From positions 1,110,001-1,142,000 of the forward strand of contig NC_017080.1 of assembly GCF_000284115.1 (NCBI RefSeq): a stretch of DNA of 32,000 nucleotides, given 5' to 3'. The stretch comes from Phycisphaera mikurensis NBRC 102666. Its GTDB lineage: Bacteria; Planctomycetota; Phycisphaerae; Phycisphaerales; Phycisphaeraceae. Shown piece by piece: positions 1-9,095 of the stretch. The stretch's first letter is position 1, and every line of letters starts with the position of its first letter. The notes beneath the pieces are model-generated. The model saw nothing but the letters and a program-made list of their open reading frames with translations, searched no databases and had not been told where the DNA came from. Made by a program: the position numbers and the translations under genes.

Positions 1-803
1 TCCATCGCGGCGCGGCGGGCGGCGTCGGGCTCGCGCGGAGCGCAGAAGCTGATCCACCAGACCAGGGCGTCGAGGTCTTCGACGTAGCCGGGGGCCTCGT
101 TGAAGCTGCCGTCGGCCCCGAGCTTCTCGGGGAAGGCGAGCATCTTCTCCGCGGCGTACGCCCGCACCTCCTCGCCGCGGGGGTGCTCGTCGCCCAGGGC
201 CGCGGCGACCATGCCGGCCCCGCCGACGATGCGGAGCGTCCAGTTGGTGCCTGCGTCGAGGAACCAGCTGTCCTTCTCGACGCTGGCGAGGAAGGGCTGC
301 ATGACCTTGCGGTCGAGCCCCTCGCGGAAGGCCGCGCGTCGCTCGGGGGAGAGGTCCGCTTCGAGGCGGACCCACGCGACGGCCAGCGCTGCCCCCAGGT
401 CGCCGGTGCGGAGCCCGGCGGGGTCGCCTTGGTGGGCGAGGTCGCGCCAGTCGGGCCAGAGGCCCTCGTCGAAGAGGGCTTCGATCTGCCTCCAGGCCTC
501 TTCGAGGTGAGTGGGGTCTCCCTCGGCGGCGAACAGCTCGCTGAAGACGAGGATCCGGTCGGCGACGCGGTCCACCAGCCTGCCCTCGCGGTTGCCGATC
601 TCCGACTGCCTCGGCGTCCGCCAGGGCGCCACGGTCTGCGGCGTGTAGACCGGCTCGCCGGCGAGGCCCGCGGCCTCGGCCCGCATCGCCTCCAGCAGCG
701 CGCCGCGGACCGCGGCCGGATCCGGCACCCCGGCGGCTTGATCCGCGGCGTGGACCAGCGAGAGCAGCGAAAGCGTCAGGGCGGCGAGCGGGCGGAGCGT
801 CAT
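1..803 (-). CDS. Secreted alpha/alpha-toroid polysaccharide lyase-like protein (heparinase II/III- or alginate-lyase-like), C-terminus cut by window edge
   Basis: Not in the ORF track because it has no stop inside the window. Reverse strand from CAT at 801-803 reads MTLRPLAALTLSLLSLVHAADQAAGVPDPAAVRGALLEAMRAEAAGL...SWFLDAGTNWTLRIVGGAGMVAAALGDEHPRGEEV...GSFNEAPGYVEDLDALVW, uninterrupted to base 1, with a signal peptide. The NW...GGAGMVAAAL stretch resembles heparinase-like toroid enzymes. Confidence 0.6.
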   Translation of the reverse strand, partial: MTLRPLAALTLSLLSLVHAADQAAGVPDPAAVRGALLEAMRAEAAGLAGEPVYTPQTVAPWRTPRQSEIGNREGRLVDRVADRILVFSELFAAEGDPTHLEEAWRQIEALFDEGLWPDWRDLAHQGDPAGLRTGDLGAALAVAWVRLEADLSPERRAAFREGLDRKVMQPFLASVEKDSWFLDAGTNWTLRIVGGAGMVAAALGDEHPRGEEVRAYAAEKMLAFPEKLGADGSFNEAPGYVEDLDALVWWISFCAPREPDAARRAAM

Positions 804-920
804 GGCGGAGCGGATCCTGAGAAAGCGGGAATCTATGGGTGGTTCATCGCAACGTATCGCCGCAAGCCGCGGCGACTCGCCGCTCCCGGCGACGCCATCG
901 GACGCGCGGGAGGGCAGCCC

Positions 921-966
921 CCGCGGACCGTCCGCGGCCGGGGCGGAAGCCGCCCACGGTCCGCGG
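921..966. repeat. Inverted-repeat element IR-1
   Basis: CCGCGGACCGT (921-931) and ACGGTCCGCGG (956-966), 24-nt spacer with nested hairpin GGGCGG-AAG-CCGCCC (941-955). Confidence 0.85.
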
Positions 967-1025
967 TGCCGGCACGCGGCCGAGGACCCGCTGGCGATCG
1001 GGATCGACGCGGGCGTCCCTCGGGT

Positions 1026-2861
1026 TCAGGGGGTCGGATCCGCACGGAGGCGGAGCTTCGTCCCGCCCGCGGGCAGGTCGACCTCGCGGGTGATCCGCGT
1101 GCCGCCGGGCAGCGTCGCCTCGACGCGGTGGCGGCCGAGGAAGCCGCGGACCGTCGCGCGGCCGTCGGCGTCGGCGGCGACCCGCTCGTCGGTGTGCCAG
1201 GCTCCGTGGATGAGCGAGAGCGCGGCGCGGCCGGTGGGCGAGGGGGACCAGTCCTCCTCGAAGACGGCGGCGTCGGGCATCCAGGGCTTGCTGCCGGCGT
1301 GGAAGTTCCAGAAGATGAAGGCCTGCATCTGGGGCTTGCTGAAGGCGGCGGTCATGAAGTCGCGGACGTAGGCCTCGGTCAGCTGCGGGTCGTCGGTGAC
1401 GACGTCGAACTCGGTGACCTGGTAGCCGACGCCGAGGCCGTCGTAGGAGGAGAGGATCTCCAGCACCTTCTCCGGCGGGGTGAGCCCGCTGCCCATGTGC
1501 GACTGGAAGCCGATCGCGTCGATCGGGGCGCCGGCGGCCATCGCGTCCTGCACGAGGTCGTGGACGAATCGCTGCTTCACGGCGTTGGTGCCGTTCTGGC
1601 CCAGCAGCGCGAAGTCGTTGTAGATCAGCGTCGCGTCGGGCGCGCCGGCGCGGGCCCGCTTGAACCAGGCGGCGACCTCCTCGTCGCCGAGCAGCTTCAG
1701 GAACTCGTTCTGGTTAAACGCCTCGTTGACCACGTCCCACGTGTCCACGAGGCCGGCGGTGCGGGAGAGGATGTCGTCGATGTGGTTGTCCACGCGGCTG
1801 CGGAGCAGCTCGGGGTCGTCCTGCGCGGCGGCCCAGAGCTCCTCGGCGTCGGCCACGCGGAACTTCTCCAGCCCCGGCCACACCAGCACGTGGCCGTGGA
1901 CCCGCATCCCCATCTTGTTCAGGCCGCGCAGCGTGGTCATCGCCACCTCGGGCTCGCTCTCCCAGCGGCTCCACTTGAGCGCATTCTCGATGGATGCGGT
2001 GTTGAAGTGCTTCTCCAGCTCCTCGATGTAGCGAGCCGCCTGCGGCGTGCCGGCGTTGTCGTCGAGCCATTTGGCGCTGATCGCCACCCCGAAGTCGAAG
2101 GCGTGCTCCACCAGCTCGACGCGAACCTCGGCGTCGGGCACCGGCTCGCCGTCGGCGTCGAGCACGGTCACCTCCAGGTCGGCCTTGCGGTGCCGCTCGA
2201 TCCGCTCCGCGGCGGCCGCCCGCCACGGTGCGTCGGCGCTGGCGCCGGCGTAGCTCTTCCGCTTCACGGGGAACTCGGCGGGGTCGGCGTCGGGGCCGAG
2301 GTTGACGACCTCGACGCCGGCGATCTCCAGCGTCTGCGGCGGGTAGCCGCCGGAGAACACGAAAGCGACGCGGCCCTCGGGGATCGCCGCGTCGGCGCGG
2401 TCGGCGACGTAGAAGACCTCCCAGTCGGGGCCGACCGTCCACTCGCGGTAGTTGGACCGCTGGTGCGGCGGGCCGGTGTTCTGCACCCGCGAGAGCGTGA
2501 AGCCCTCGCCGGCCTCGTAGCGCTGGGCGTCGGTGATGCGGGCGGCGAAGCGGGAGAAGAGCACGTCGCCGGCGTCGATGGACCCGTCCAGCGGCAGCCG
2601 CACCTCCACGCCGTAGTGGGCGCCCGGCTGCTTGGTGGTCTCCAGGCGGAAGCCCGGGCGGCGGCCGCCGGTGTCGGCGGCGGAAAGCGGCTTGAGGTTC
2701 CCCTCGCCGCCGCCGTTGGCGCTGAAGCGGAGGGCGGAGAAGTCCGGCGCGAGGGTGGTGCCCTTCGGCGTCGGCGGGGCGTCGTCGGCGGCGAGGGCGG
2801 GCGCGGGAGCGGGAGCCACCAGGAGCAGGCAGGCGGCGAAGGCGAGGAGGGCTTGTTTCAT
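1026..2861 (-). CDS. Secreted GH10 endo-1,4-beta-xylanase-like protein
   Basis: Signal peptide MKQALLAFAACLLLVAPAPAPALA; GH10 acid/base motif WDVVNEAFNQNEF and nucleophile motif YQVTEFDVVTDD; N-terminal beta-rich region. The track ORF 1026..3209 is over-extended; ATG at 2861 fits the signal peptide. Confidence 0.92.
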   Translation of the reverse strand: MKQALLAFAACLLLVAPAPAPALAADDAPPTPKGTTLAPDFSALRFSANGGGEGNLKPLSAADTGGRRPGFRLETTKQPGAHYGVEVRLPLDGSIDAGDVLFSRFAARITDAQRYEAGEGFTLSRVQNTGPPHQRSNYREWTVGPDWEVFYVADRADAAIPEGRVAFVFSGGYPPQTLEIAGVEVVNLGPDADPAEFPVKRKSYAGASADAPWRAAAAERIERHRKADLEVTVLDADGEPVPDAEVRVELVEHAFDFGVAISAKWLDDNAGTPQAARYIEELEKHFNTASIENALKWSRWESEPEVAMTTLRGLNKMGMRVHGHVLVWPGLEKFRVADAEELWAAAQDDPELLRSRVDNHIDDILSRTAGLVDTWDVVNEAFNQNEFLKLLGDEEVAAWFKRARAGAPDATLIYNDFALLGQNGTNAVKQRFVHDLVQDAMAAGAPIDAIGFQSHMGSGLTPPEKVLEILSSYDGLGVGYQVTEFDVVTDDPQLTEAYVRDFMTAAFSKPQMQAFIFWNFHAGSKPWMPDAAVFEEDWSPSPTGRAALSLIHGAWHTDERVAADADGRATVRGFLGRHRVEATLPGGTRITREVDLPAGGTKLRLRADPTP

Positions 2862-2878
2862 GGGGATTCGGGGGGAGG

Positions 2879-2923
2879 CCGCGGACCGTGCGGCCCGGGG
2901 GGGGAAACGTCGACGGTCCGCGG
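2879..2923. repeat. Inverted-repeat element IR-2
   Basis: CCGCGGACCGT (2879-2889) and ACGGTCCGCGG (2913-2923), 23-nt spacer; between the two GH10 genes. Confidence 0.85.
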
Positions 2924-2932
2924 GTGGAGGGC

Positions 2933-4765
2933 TCAGCGGGCGGGCGTGAGCGAGATCGCGGCCTCGGTGGTGCCGGGCCGCAGCGTGAAGGCGACCGAGC
3001 CGCGGCCGGCGGGCGCTTCCACGCCGAGCTCGTAGTCGCCGTGAAACGCGGTGAGCGTGGCGACGCCCGAGGCGTCGGTGGTGACGGTCGCGTGGGTGCT
3101 CCAAGCGTCCATCAGGTCGAGGATGGCTCGGCCGGCGGGCTTGAGTGTCCAGTCGCGGCGGTACATCGCGGCGTTGCCGCGCCAGTGCGCGCCGTCCCAG
3201 AAGCCCCACAGAATGAAACCATCGACGGCCGGGTGGCTGAAGGCGACGGTCAGCAGGTCGCGGGTGTAGTCCGCCTGAAGCTCCTCATCCTGGGTCATCA
3301 GGTCGAACTCGGTGATCGTGATCGGCAGGCCGAAGCCGGCGAAGCGGTCGAGGATCCGCTCGATCCTGTCCGGAGGCGTCAGCCCGGCGCTGCCGAAGTG
3401 GCCCTGCACGCCGATCGCGTCCAGCGGAGCGCCGCGGTCCAGCAGGTACGAGATCGTCTTGAAGTAGTGGTCCTGGTGACCGTCGGTCTCTTGGTCGCCG
3501 ACGGTGAGGATGCCGAAGTCGTTGAGGAAGAGCTTTTTCCGGGGCGCTTGGCGACGCGCGATCTCGAACCACCGGACCATCGCCTCGTCGCCGAGGAGGT
3601 CCATGAAGTCGTGGTGGTTCCAGGGCTCGTTCACCACGTCCCACGCGTCCACCAGCCCGCTGGTCTCGCGGAGCACGTCGACCAAGTGCGCCTCGATCTT
3701 CTCACGCAGCGGTTGGGTGTCGCCCGCCTCGGCGGCGGCCCGCTCGGCGGTGAGGTCGACGCGGCTCTTGGCCCAGCTCGGCCAGACCAGCGCGTGGCCG
3801 CGCACCGCGAGCCCGGCGTCCCGCAACACCCGCAGCGCCCGCATCGTCGCGGTTCGGTGGCGGGGATCCTCCCACCGCCCCCACTTCAGGCCGTTCTCCG
3901 GCGTGGCGGTGTTGAAGTGCGCGAAGAGCTTCTCGCGGTAGGCGGCGGCGTCCGCGTCGTTGCCGAGCAGCGTCTCGACGCGGACGGCGGTGCCGAAGGC
4001 GAAGCCGTGGCGGAGGTGGTCGACGCGGACCTCGGCTCCCGCGACGGGGCGGCCGTCGGCGTCCACGACGGCAACCGTCATCGGCGAGGTCCGCAGCTCC
4101 CGGATCCGTCGCTCGGCGGCGGCCCGCCAAGGGGCGTCGGGCTCGCGGCCGGGGTAGGTGATGCGGGTGACCGGCAGATCGCGGACGCGGGTGCCCGCCG
4201 GGAACCGGAGCAGCCCGACGCCGGCGACCTCGAGTTCCTGCACCGCGCCGCCGACGCCCAGCGTCAGCTGGTCGCCGTCCGGGGGGTAGTCCTGCAGCGA
4301 GCGGAAGGGCAGGGCGATCCGGGTCCACTCCGGCCCGATCGAGACCGTCTCCATCAGCGAGGGGTTGAACGGCCGCTCGTTCTGCTGCACGAAGGCGGTG
4401 ATCGTGCCCAGCCCGTCCTCCTGCTCGGAGGACAGGGTGCGGGCGTGGAAGCGGAGCAGCAGCACGTCGCCGCGTCGGATCTGCGGGAAGTCGCCGGTGG
4501 TCCACTCCACGTGCCAGAAGTCGCCGCGGGCGCGGCTGGTGAGCCGGACGGCGGGGCCGCCGCCGGGGCCGGTCGCGGGCGCGGCGGTGCCCCGGTCGGG
4601 GTCGCCATCGGGGTTCCGGAGCGTGAACGCGGCGAGGAAGCCGTCGCCGTCGCCGAGCGTCTCGCCTCCGACGACCGCCGGCTCATCGGGCGCCGCGACC
4701 GCCGCCGCGCCCGGCGGGAGCACGCAGAGGATCACGACGGCGGCGAGGCGGAGGAGCGGAAGCAT
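2933..4765 (-). CDS. Secreted GH10 endo-1,4-beta-xylanase-like protein (second copy)
   Basis: Signal peptide MLPLLRLAAVVILCVLPPGAAAVAA; GH10 motifs WDVVNEPWNHHDFMD and ITITEFDLMTQDEEL; same domain order as the 1026..2861 protein. Confidence 0.93.
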   Translation of the reverse strand: MLPLLRLAAVVILCVLPPGAAAVAAPDEPAVVGGETLGDGDGFLAAFTLRNPDGDPDRGTAAPATGPGGGPAVRLTSRARGDFWHVEWTTGDFPQIRRGDVLLLRFHARTLSSEQEDGLGTITAFVQQNERPFNPSLMETVSIGPEWTRIALPFRSLQDYPPDGDQLTLGVGGAVQELEVAGVGLLRFPAGTRVRDLPVTRITYPGREPDAPWRAAAERRIRELRTSPMTVAVVDADGRPVAGAEVRVDHLRHGFAFGTAVRVETLLGNDADAAAYREKLFAHFNTATPENGLKWGRWEDPRHRTATMRALRVLRDAGLAVRGHALVWPSWAKSRVDLTAERAAAEAGDTQPLREKIEAHLVDVLRETSGLVDAWDVVNEPWNHHDFMDLLGDEAMVRWFEIARRQAPRKKLFLNDFGILTVGDQETDGHQDHYFKTISYLLDRGAPLDAIGVQGHFGSAGLTPPDRIERILDRFAGFGLPITITEFDLMTQDEELQADYTRDLLTVAFSHPAVDGFILWGFWDGAHWRGNAAMYRRDWTLKPAGRAILDLMDAWSTHATVTTDASGVATLTAFHGDYELGVEAPAGRGSVAFTLRPGTTEAAISLTPAR

Positions 4766-4782
4766 GCTCGAGATGGCGGGGG

Positions 4783-4832
4783 CGCCGCGGACCGTGGCCG
4801 CCGCGGGGCGGCGGGGCGGACGGTCCGCGGCG
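4783..4832. repeat. Inverted-repeat element IR-3
   Basis: CGCCGCGGACCGT (4783-4795) and ACGGTCCGCGGCG (4820-4832), 24-nt spacer; between GH10 and pseudopilin genes. Confidence 0.85.
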
Positions 4833-4857
4833 ATGAGCGAGAGGGTTCACAGGCCCG

Positions 4858-5703
4858 TCAGAACCTCGGCGAGTTCAGACGCCACAGGGTCGGGAGGAAT
4901 TGCTCCAGGACGCCGTCGGAGCCCGCGTTGGGCGCACCGATCTTCTTGGTCCCCTCGGGCACGTCGTCTGCTCCGAGGGAGGCGGCGTGTCCGTCGCCGT
5001 AGAGCAGATTCATGGAATCCTCGCCGCCGTGGCGGAGGCTCAGGCGGTTCCAGTTGTCGCTGTGCAGCTGCACGCCGTCGTAGAAGAGGGCGGTGTTCGT
5101 CGGGTCGTTCATCACCTCGACCGTGTGGGTCCGCGTCTGCGTCCCGGAGACGTCCGACAGCGGGAAGAAGTCGAAATAGGCCGCGCCGCCTCCGCCCATG
5201 AACATCGTGTTCGCGCCGTACCACGTCGGCGTCTGGGCCTGCGCGACGCCGCCGACCGTGCGGAAGGCGAGCCAGAAGTGCTTCCCGGCTTCAGCCGTCC
5301 GCGACGCCGGGGTCGAGAGGCTCCGCTCGTCGAGGCCTTCGGGGCACCGGTACATCGAATCCTGCACCACGCCGCCGGCGCCGCCGCTGGTCAGCACGTC
5401 GACGGCGTCGCCGTACCCGGTTTCCGAGAGGATCGACGCGTAGTGATCCTCGCTGACCGAGCCGGCGGTCTGCCGCGCCGGCACGAAGCTCTCCTTGAAG
5501 TCCGCTGCGTAGGACATCGTGCCGACCCCGATTTGTTTCAGGTTCGCGAGGCACTTCACGTTCCGCGCCGCCGAGCGGGCGGCGCCCAAAGCCGGCAGCA
5601 GGATGCCGATGAGCAGGGCGATGATGGAGATCACCACCAGCAGCTCGATGAGCGTGAAGCCGGGACGGCGCGGGAGGAGCACGCGGGTGGAGGAAGCGGG
5701 CAT
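4858..5703 (-). CDS. Type II secretion/type IV pilus-like pseudopilin (N-terminal methylation motif)
   Basis: [59 protein letters not shown]; late [10 protein letters not shown] motif typical of planctomycete pseudopilins. ATG at 5703 chosen inside the over-long track ORF 4858..6762. Confidence 0.9.
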   Translation of the reverse strand: MPASSTRVLLPRRPGFTLIELLVVISIIALLIGILLPALGAARSAARNVKCLANLKQIGVGTMSYAADFKESFVPARQTAGSVSEDHYASILSETGYGDAVDVLTSGGAGGVVQDSMYRCPEGLDERSLSTPASRTAEAGKHFWLAFRTVGGVAQAQTPTWYGANTMFMGGGGAAYFDFFPLSDVSGTQTRTHTVEVMNDPTNTALFYDGVQLHSDNWNRLSLRHGGEDSMNLLYGDGHAASLGADDVPEGTKKIGAPNAGSDGVLEQFLPTLWRLNSPRF

Positions 5704-5783
5704 GGTGGGGTCCTCGATGGAGGCGGGGAAGGGTGGGCGAGAGGCACGGTGGCTCGTTGGGGAGCCGGCGTCGGGGCCTTGGG

Positions 5784-6482
5784 TTAATCGGTGGTGAGGG
5801 TGGCGGGCTGGCCGCCCTCCTTCGTGCCGAGCTGGACGAAGGCGTCGTCGCTGGCGAGGTAGAAGACGGCGGTGCCGTTGGTGTCGGTGCTGAGGAAGGC
5901 GGCGATCTCGGCGGTCGGACCGAAGACCACCTCGGTCGCGCCGGCCGCCACCTCGCACTCGGCGAGCTCGGTGAGCGGGGCGCCGAACCAGGTGAGGGCG
6001 GCGGTGCCGGTGGCGGTCTCCTGCAGCCCGGGGGCGTTGTCGCCGGTGAGGGCGGCGTCCGAATCGGCGGGCTCGAAGTTGGCGGCGCCCTCCTCGAAGT
6101 CCTGCTCGGAGAGCTCGGGCTTGCCGCTGCCGTCGGGGCCGCCGGCGAAGCCCTCGTCGAGCCCGTAGAGCGTGATCGTGCCCGGGGTGAGATCCTCGCC
6201 GGTGACCGCGAGCGTGAGCGTGGCCACCGCGGCGTCGGTGATGCCCGGCGCCGCGGAGAGGTCGAAGCGGAGCACGCCGTAGAAGTTGTTGCCGCTGTAC
6301 GCGTGGCCCCGCACCTCGAAGCTGCCGGCGCGGCCCTTGTTGAAGGTCTCGCGCTCGTTGCCGAAGCCCATCACCTGGTTGTCGCTGCCGGTGCCGTCGG
6401 CGGTGGAGAGCTCGGCCGCGCCCGCGAGCGGGGCGGCGGCGAGGAGAAGGCAGGCGAGCGGGCTGGAAAAGAGCGAGTTCAT
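5784..6482 (-). CDS. Secreted DNRLRE/CBM96-like carbohydrate-associated protein
   Basis: Signal peptide [22 protein letters not shown]; then [28 protein letters not shown]...[16 protein letters not shown]...ATLTLAVTG..., resembling DNRLRE beta-sandwich domains. Confidence 0.65.
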   Translation of the reverse strand: MNSLFSSPLACLLLAAAPLAGAAELSTADGTGSDNQVMGFGNERETFNKGRAGSFEVRGHAYSGNNFYGVLRFDLSAAPGITDAAVATLTLAVTGEDLTPGTITLYGLDEGFAGGPDGSGKPELSEQDFEEGAANFEPADSDAALTGDNAPGLQETATGTAALTWFGAPLTELAECEVAAGATEVVFGPTAEIAAFLSTDTNGTAVFYLASDDAFVQLGTKEGGQPATLTTD

Positions 6483-6508
6483 CACGGGGGCGAGGAGGCG
6501 GGAGAAGC

Positions 6509-6536
6509 CGCCGCCGGGCGGGTGGACCCGGCGGCG
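6509..6536 (-). terminator. GC-rich hairpin between the PEP-CTERM gene and the DNRLRE-like gene
   Basis: CGCCGCCGGG (6509-6518) pairs with CCCGGCGGCG (6527-6536), 8-nt loop; no clear T-tract seen. Confidence 0.35.
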
Positions 6537-6553
6537 GGGGAGCGGGAGGGCCC

Positions 6554-7348
6554 TCAGGGGCGGCGGCGACGCAGCAGCGCCAGCGAGCCGAGGCCGGCGA
6601 GGGCGAGGGTGCCCGGCTCGGGCACGACCCCGACCTCCAGGTTGTCCAGCGCGATCGTGCGGCGGGTGGTGGTGCTGGCGGTCGGGCCGAACTGCAGGGT
6701 GATCTGCCCGAAGTTCGCCGGGTTGGTCCGCAGCGCGGCGGCGCTTGCCTGCTGCACGCCATCGACCAAGAGCGAGTACGTGCCCGCGTCGAAGTCGATC
6801 ACGCCGTCGACGTTGACGAAGCGGCTGCCCGCGTCGTCGAAGTCGAAGTTCTGGCCGTTGCCGTTCAGGACGTTCGTGGCCGTCGTCCCGTCGTTGTATT
6901 GGAAGCGGCCGTTATCGAAGACCTGGAAGTCCAGGATCGGGTTGCCATCGGTGTTGCCGATGCGGATGCGGTGGGCCACGCCGAAGCCGTCGGCGTCGCC
7001 GGCGTTGGCGCTGCGGATGTCGAAGCCGAAGTCGAACAGCTTGCCGGCGGTGGAGGTGTCGGAGGCGCCGAGGAAGGCGGCGTCGGGGGTGAAGCGGTTG
7101 TTGGCGAAGTTGTTCCCGACGCTGCTGGCGGACTGGGCGATGCCGCCGCCTCCGAAGCTGTCGACGGTGTAAAGGGTGCCGTTGCCAGCGAAGCTCGGGC
7201 CGCCGCCGGAGGGCTGGCCGCTGAGCGAGCTGCCCAGCGTGAACCCGTCGGCGGGGTCGAAGGTGATCACGCCCGCCGAGGCCGGGGCGGCGGCGAGCGC
7301 CGCGACGGGGGCGAGGGCGGCGGCGAGACGCAAGGGGGAAGCAGGCAT
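6554..7348 (-). CDS. PEP-CTERM sorting-domain secreted protein
   Basis: Signal peptide [26 protein letters not shown]; C-terminus [24 protein letters not shown] (PEP motif, hydrophobic helix, Arg-rich tail). ATG at 7348 is preceded by a GGAG Shine-Dalgarno-like site. Confidence 0.88.
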   Translation of the reverse strand: MPASPLRLAAALAPVAALAAAPASAGVITFDPADGFTLGSSLSGQPSGGGPSFAGNGTLYTVDSFGGGGIAQSASSVGNNFANNRFTPDAAFLGASDTSTAGKLFDFGFDIRSANAGDADGFGVAHRIRIGNTDGNPILDFQVFDNGRFQYNDGTTATNVLNGNGQNFDFDDAGSRFVNVDGVIDFDAGTYSLLVDGVQQASAAALRTNPANFGQITLQFGPTASTTTRRTIALDNLEVGVVPEPGTLALAGLGSLALLRRRRP

Positions 7349-7424
7349 GGGAATCTCCAAGAAAGAAAGAGAGAACGCCGGACGAAGCCGGTGACGAAGA
7401 AGCCGTGCGCGCCGCTGTCGCGGC

Positions 7425-8492
7425 TCACGCGGGAGGGGCCGCGGACCCGGGCGGGCCCGTGGTGGCGCCGAGCTCCAGCTCCGGGCGGATCTGGATGGCC
7501 GAGGCCGACGGACGCTTGGGCCGCCGCTTGAAGTGCTGGCAGAGCAGCTCCACGGCCGTGCGGCCGATGGCGGCCCAGGGCAGGACGACGGTCGTGAGCG
7601 GGGTGCCCAGAAAGGGCGTGATCTCGTCGGCGATCGAGACGATCGAGAGGTCTTCGGGCACCCGAAGCCCCAGCCGGGCCGCCGCGATCAGCAGCATCGT
7701 CGACTCCGCGTGGCTGTAGCCGACGACGGCGGTGGGGCGGTCGGCGCGGGCGAGCCACCGCTGCGTGTAGGCCAGCCGCTCGTCGGTGGCGAGGTCGCGG
7801 CGGATCTCGCGGTACGGCCGAGACGCCTCCACCGTCACCCGCGGGGTGCCGCCGGCCGCCGCGACGGCCTCTTCGAAGCCGAGGCGCCGGTGCTCGCCGC
7901 TGTGGTGCTCGGGCGCGGACACGAAGAACAGCGCCGGGTCGCGGTGGCCCAGCTCCAGCAGGTGCTCGGCGGCCATCCGCCCGGCGGCGTGGTCGTCGGG
8001 CCGGACGCAGCCCTCCTCCACCGGGGCGTTCAGCCAGACCGCGGGGATCCGGTGCCGGCGGATCAGCGCCAGCAGTTCGGTGGGGAAGAAGTGCGTGTAG
8101 TTGATGAGCAGCCCGTCCGCGGCGACCTCCCGGACGACGCGCGGCAGGAAGCCGTCCTCGACGAGCTTCTCGTCGGGCAGGCGGCTGAGCGAGAGGTGCA
8201 GGTCGTGCAGCGTGAGCGCCTGCTCCACCCCCTCCAGCAGCCCGGTGGGGATGCGGCTGACGCCCTCGTGCAGGCCGAGGATCAGCTCGACGTTGCGGGT
8301 CGAGCCGCTGCGGGTGGCCCGGGCGGCGGCGTTGGGCCGGTACCCGGCGGCGGTCGCCGCGTCGAGGATCCGCTGCCGCGTCTCCGCGTTCACGCCGGGC
8401 TTGTCGTTGAGCGCGAACGAGACCGCCATCTGGCTGACGCCGAGCTCGGTGGCGAGTTGTCGCTGGGTGATGCTCAAGGCTTGACGATCCAA
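7425..8492 (-). CDS. LacI-family transcriptional regulator
   Basis: N-terminal HTH ITQRQLATELGVSQMAVSFALNDKPGVNAETRQRILDAATAAGYRPNAAARATRSG, followed by a periplasmic-binding-like domain (LGLRVPEDLSIVSIAD...PLTTV). The start is a TTG codon in the track; the second in-frame TTG (8477) is equally plausible. Confidence 0.93.
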   Translation of the reverse strand: MDRQALSITQRQLATELGVSQMAVSFALNDKPGVNAETRQRILDAATAAGYRPNAAARATRSGSTRNVELILGLHEGVSRIPTGLLEGVEQALTLHDLHLSLSRLPDEKLVEDGFLPRVVREVAADGLLINYTHFFPTELLALIRRHRIPAVWLNAPVEEGCVRPDDHAAGRMAAEHLLELGHRDPALFFVSAPEHHSGEHRRLGFEEAVAAAGGTPRVTVEASRPYREIRRDLATDERLAYTQRWLARADRPTAVVGYSHAESTMLLIAAARLGLRVPEDLSIVSIADEITPFLGTPLTTVVLPWAAIGRTAVELLCQHFKRRPKRPSASAIQIRPELELGATTGPPGSAAPPA

Positions 8493-8511
8493 GGCGGGCC
8501 GAAGCGGCGGT

Positions 8512-8565
8512 GGCCGGAGCGGCCGGGGTGGCCGGAGCGGCCGGGGTGGCCGAGGCGGCCGGGAG
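8512..8565. repeat. Short 9-bp tandem array (GGCCGGRGY-like, six units)
   Basis: ggccggagc ggccggggt ggccggagc ggccggggt ggccgaggc ggccgggag, read directly upstream of the LacI gene. Confidence 0.85.
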
Positions 8566-8785
8566 AAGACGGGGTGGGCCGGAGCGGCACCCCGCAGAAG
8601 TCAATACGTAAAAGCTTAGCGGGTTTTCCGCAGCATGCAAGCCGCCTCGGCCCGATTTTTGAGCGGCGTGCGGCGTGCGGCGGCCGGTGCCGGTGCGGGC
8701 CGCCTCCGCTTCGCGCGGAGCCCCGCGGCCCTCCCGGTGTCGACCCGCGGGCTCCGCCCCGGCGGGCGTCGCGGGCCGGCCGGCT

Positions 8786-8820
<35 letters not shown>

Positions 8821-8831
8821 GGAGCCTCTTC

Positions 8832-8877
8832 CCGCGGACCGCGGCTTCCTACCGCCCCCCGCGCCCGCGGTCCGCGG
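8832..8877. repeat. Inverted-repeat element IR-4 (CCGCGGACCGCGG / CCGCGGTCCGCGG)
   Basis: 13-bp perfect arms 8832-8844 and 8865-8877, 20-nt spacer; ends 2 nt before the CDGSH stop codon. Confidence 0.85.
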
Positions 8878-8879
8878 CG

Positions 8880-9095
8880 TCAGTCCTCGTCCCGCACCTC
8901 GACGACGCGCTTGTTGTCCCGGTCGTAGACGTGGAGCTTGCCGGCCTCCTCGCCCTCGGTCTTGGGGCACTTCTTGTGGCTGCCGTCGCAGAGCGGGAAG
9001 GTGCGGCTGAGCCCGCAGGTGCAGACCCAGACGGACCGGTCGGAGGGCTTGATCTCGACGGGCTTGGTGCCCTCGAGGCGGACGAGGCGGGCGAT
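8880..9095 (-). CDS. CDGSH iron-sulfur domain protein (start codon uncertain, possibly ATC)
   Basis: ARLVRLEGTKPVEIKPSDRSVWVCTCGLSRTFPLCDGSHKKCPKTEGEEAGKLHVYDRDNKRVVEVRDED; C-x-C...PLCDGSH iron-sulfur motif. Start proposed from AAGGAG-CCACCC-ATC. Confidence 0.85.
   Translation of the reverse strand: MARLVRLEGTKPVEIKPSDRSVWVCTCGLSRTFPLCDGSHKKCPKTEGEEAGKLHVYDRDNKRVVEVRDED

Noticed and set aside
183-3035. 950-aa plus-strand ORF
   Set aside because: Antisense to the GH10 and lyase-like genes, low-complexity Arg/Gly/Ala/Val composition, no recognisable motif; a GC-rich shadow ORF.
8512-8565. Possible CRISPR array
   Set aside because: Units are 9 bp, contiguous without spacers, and no cas genes are present; simple tandem repeat.
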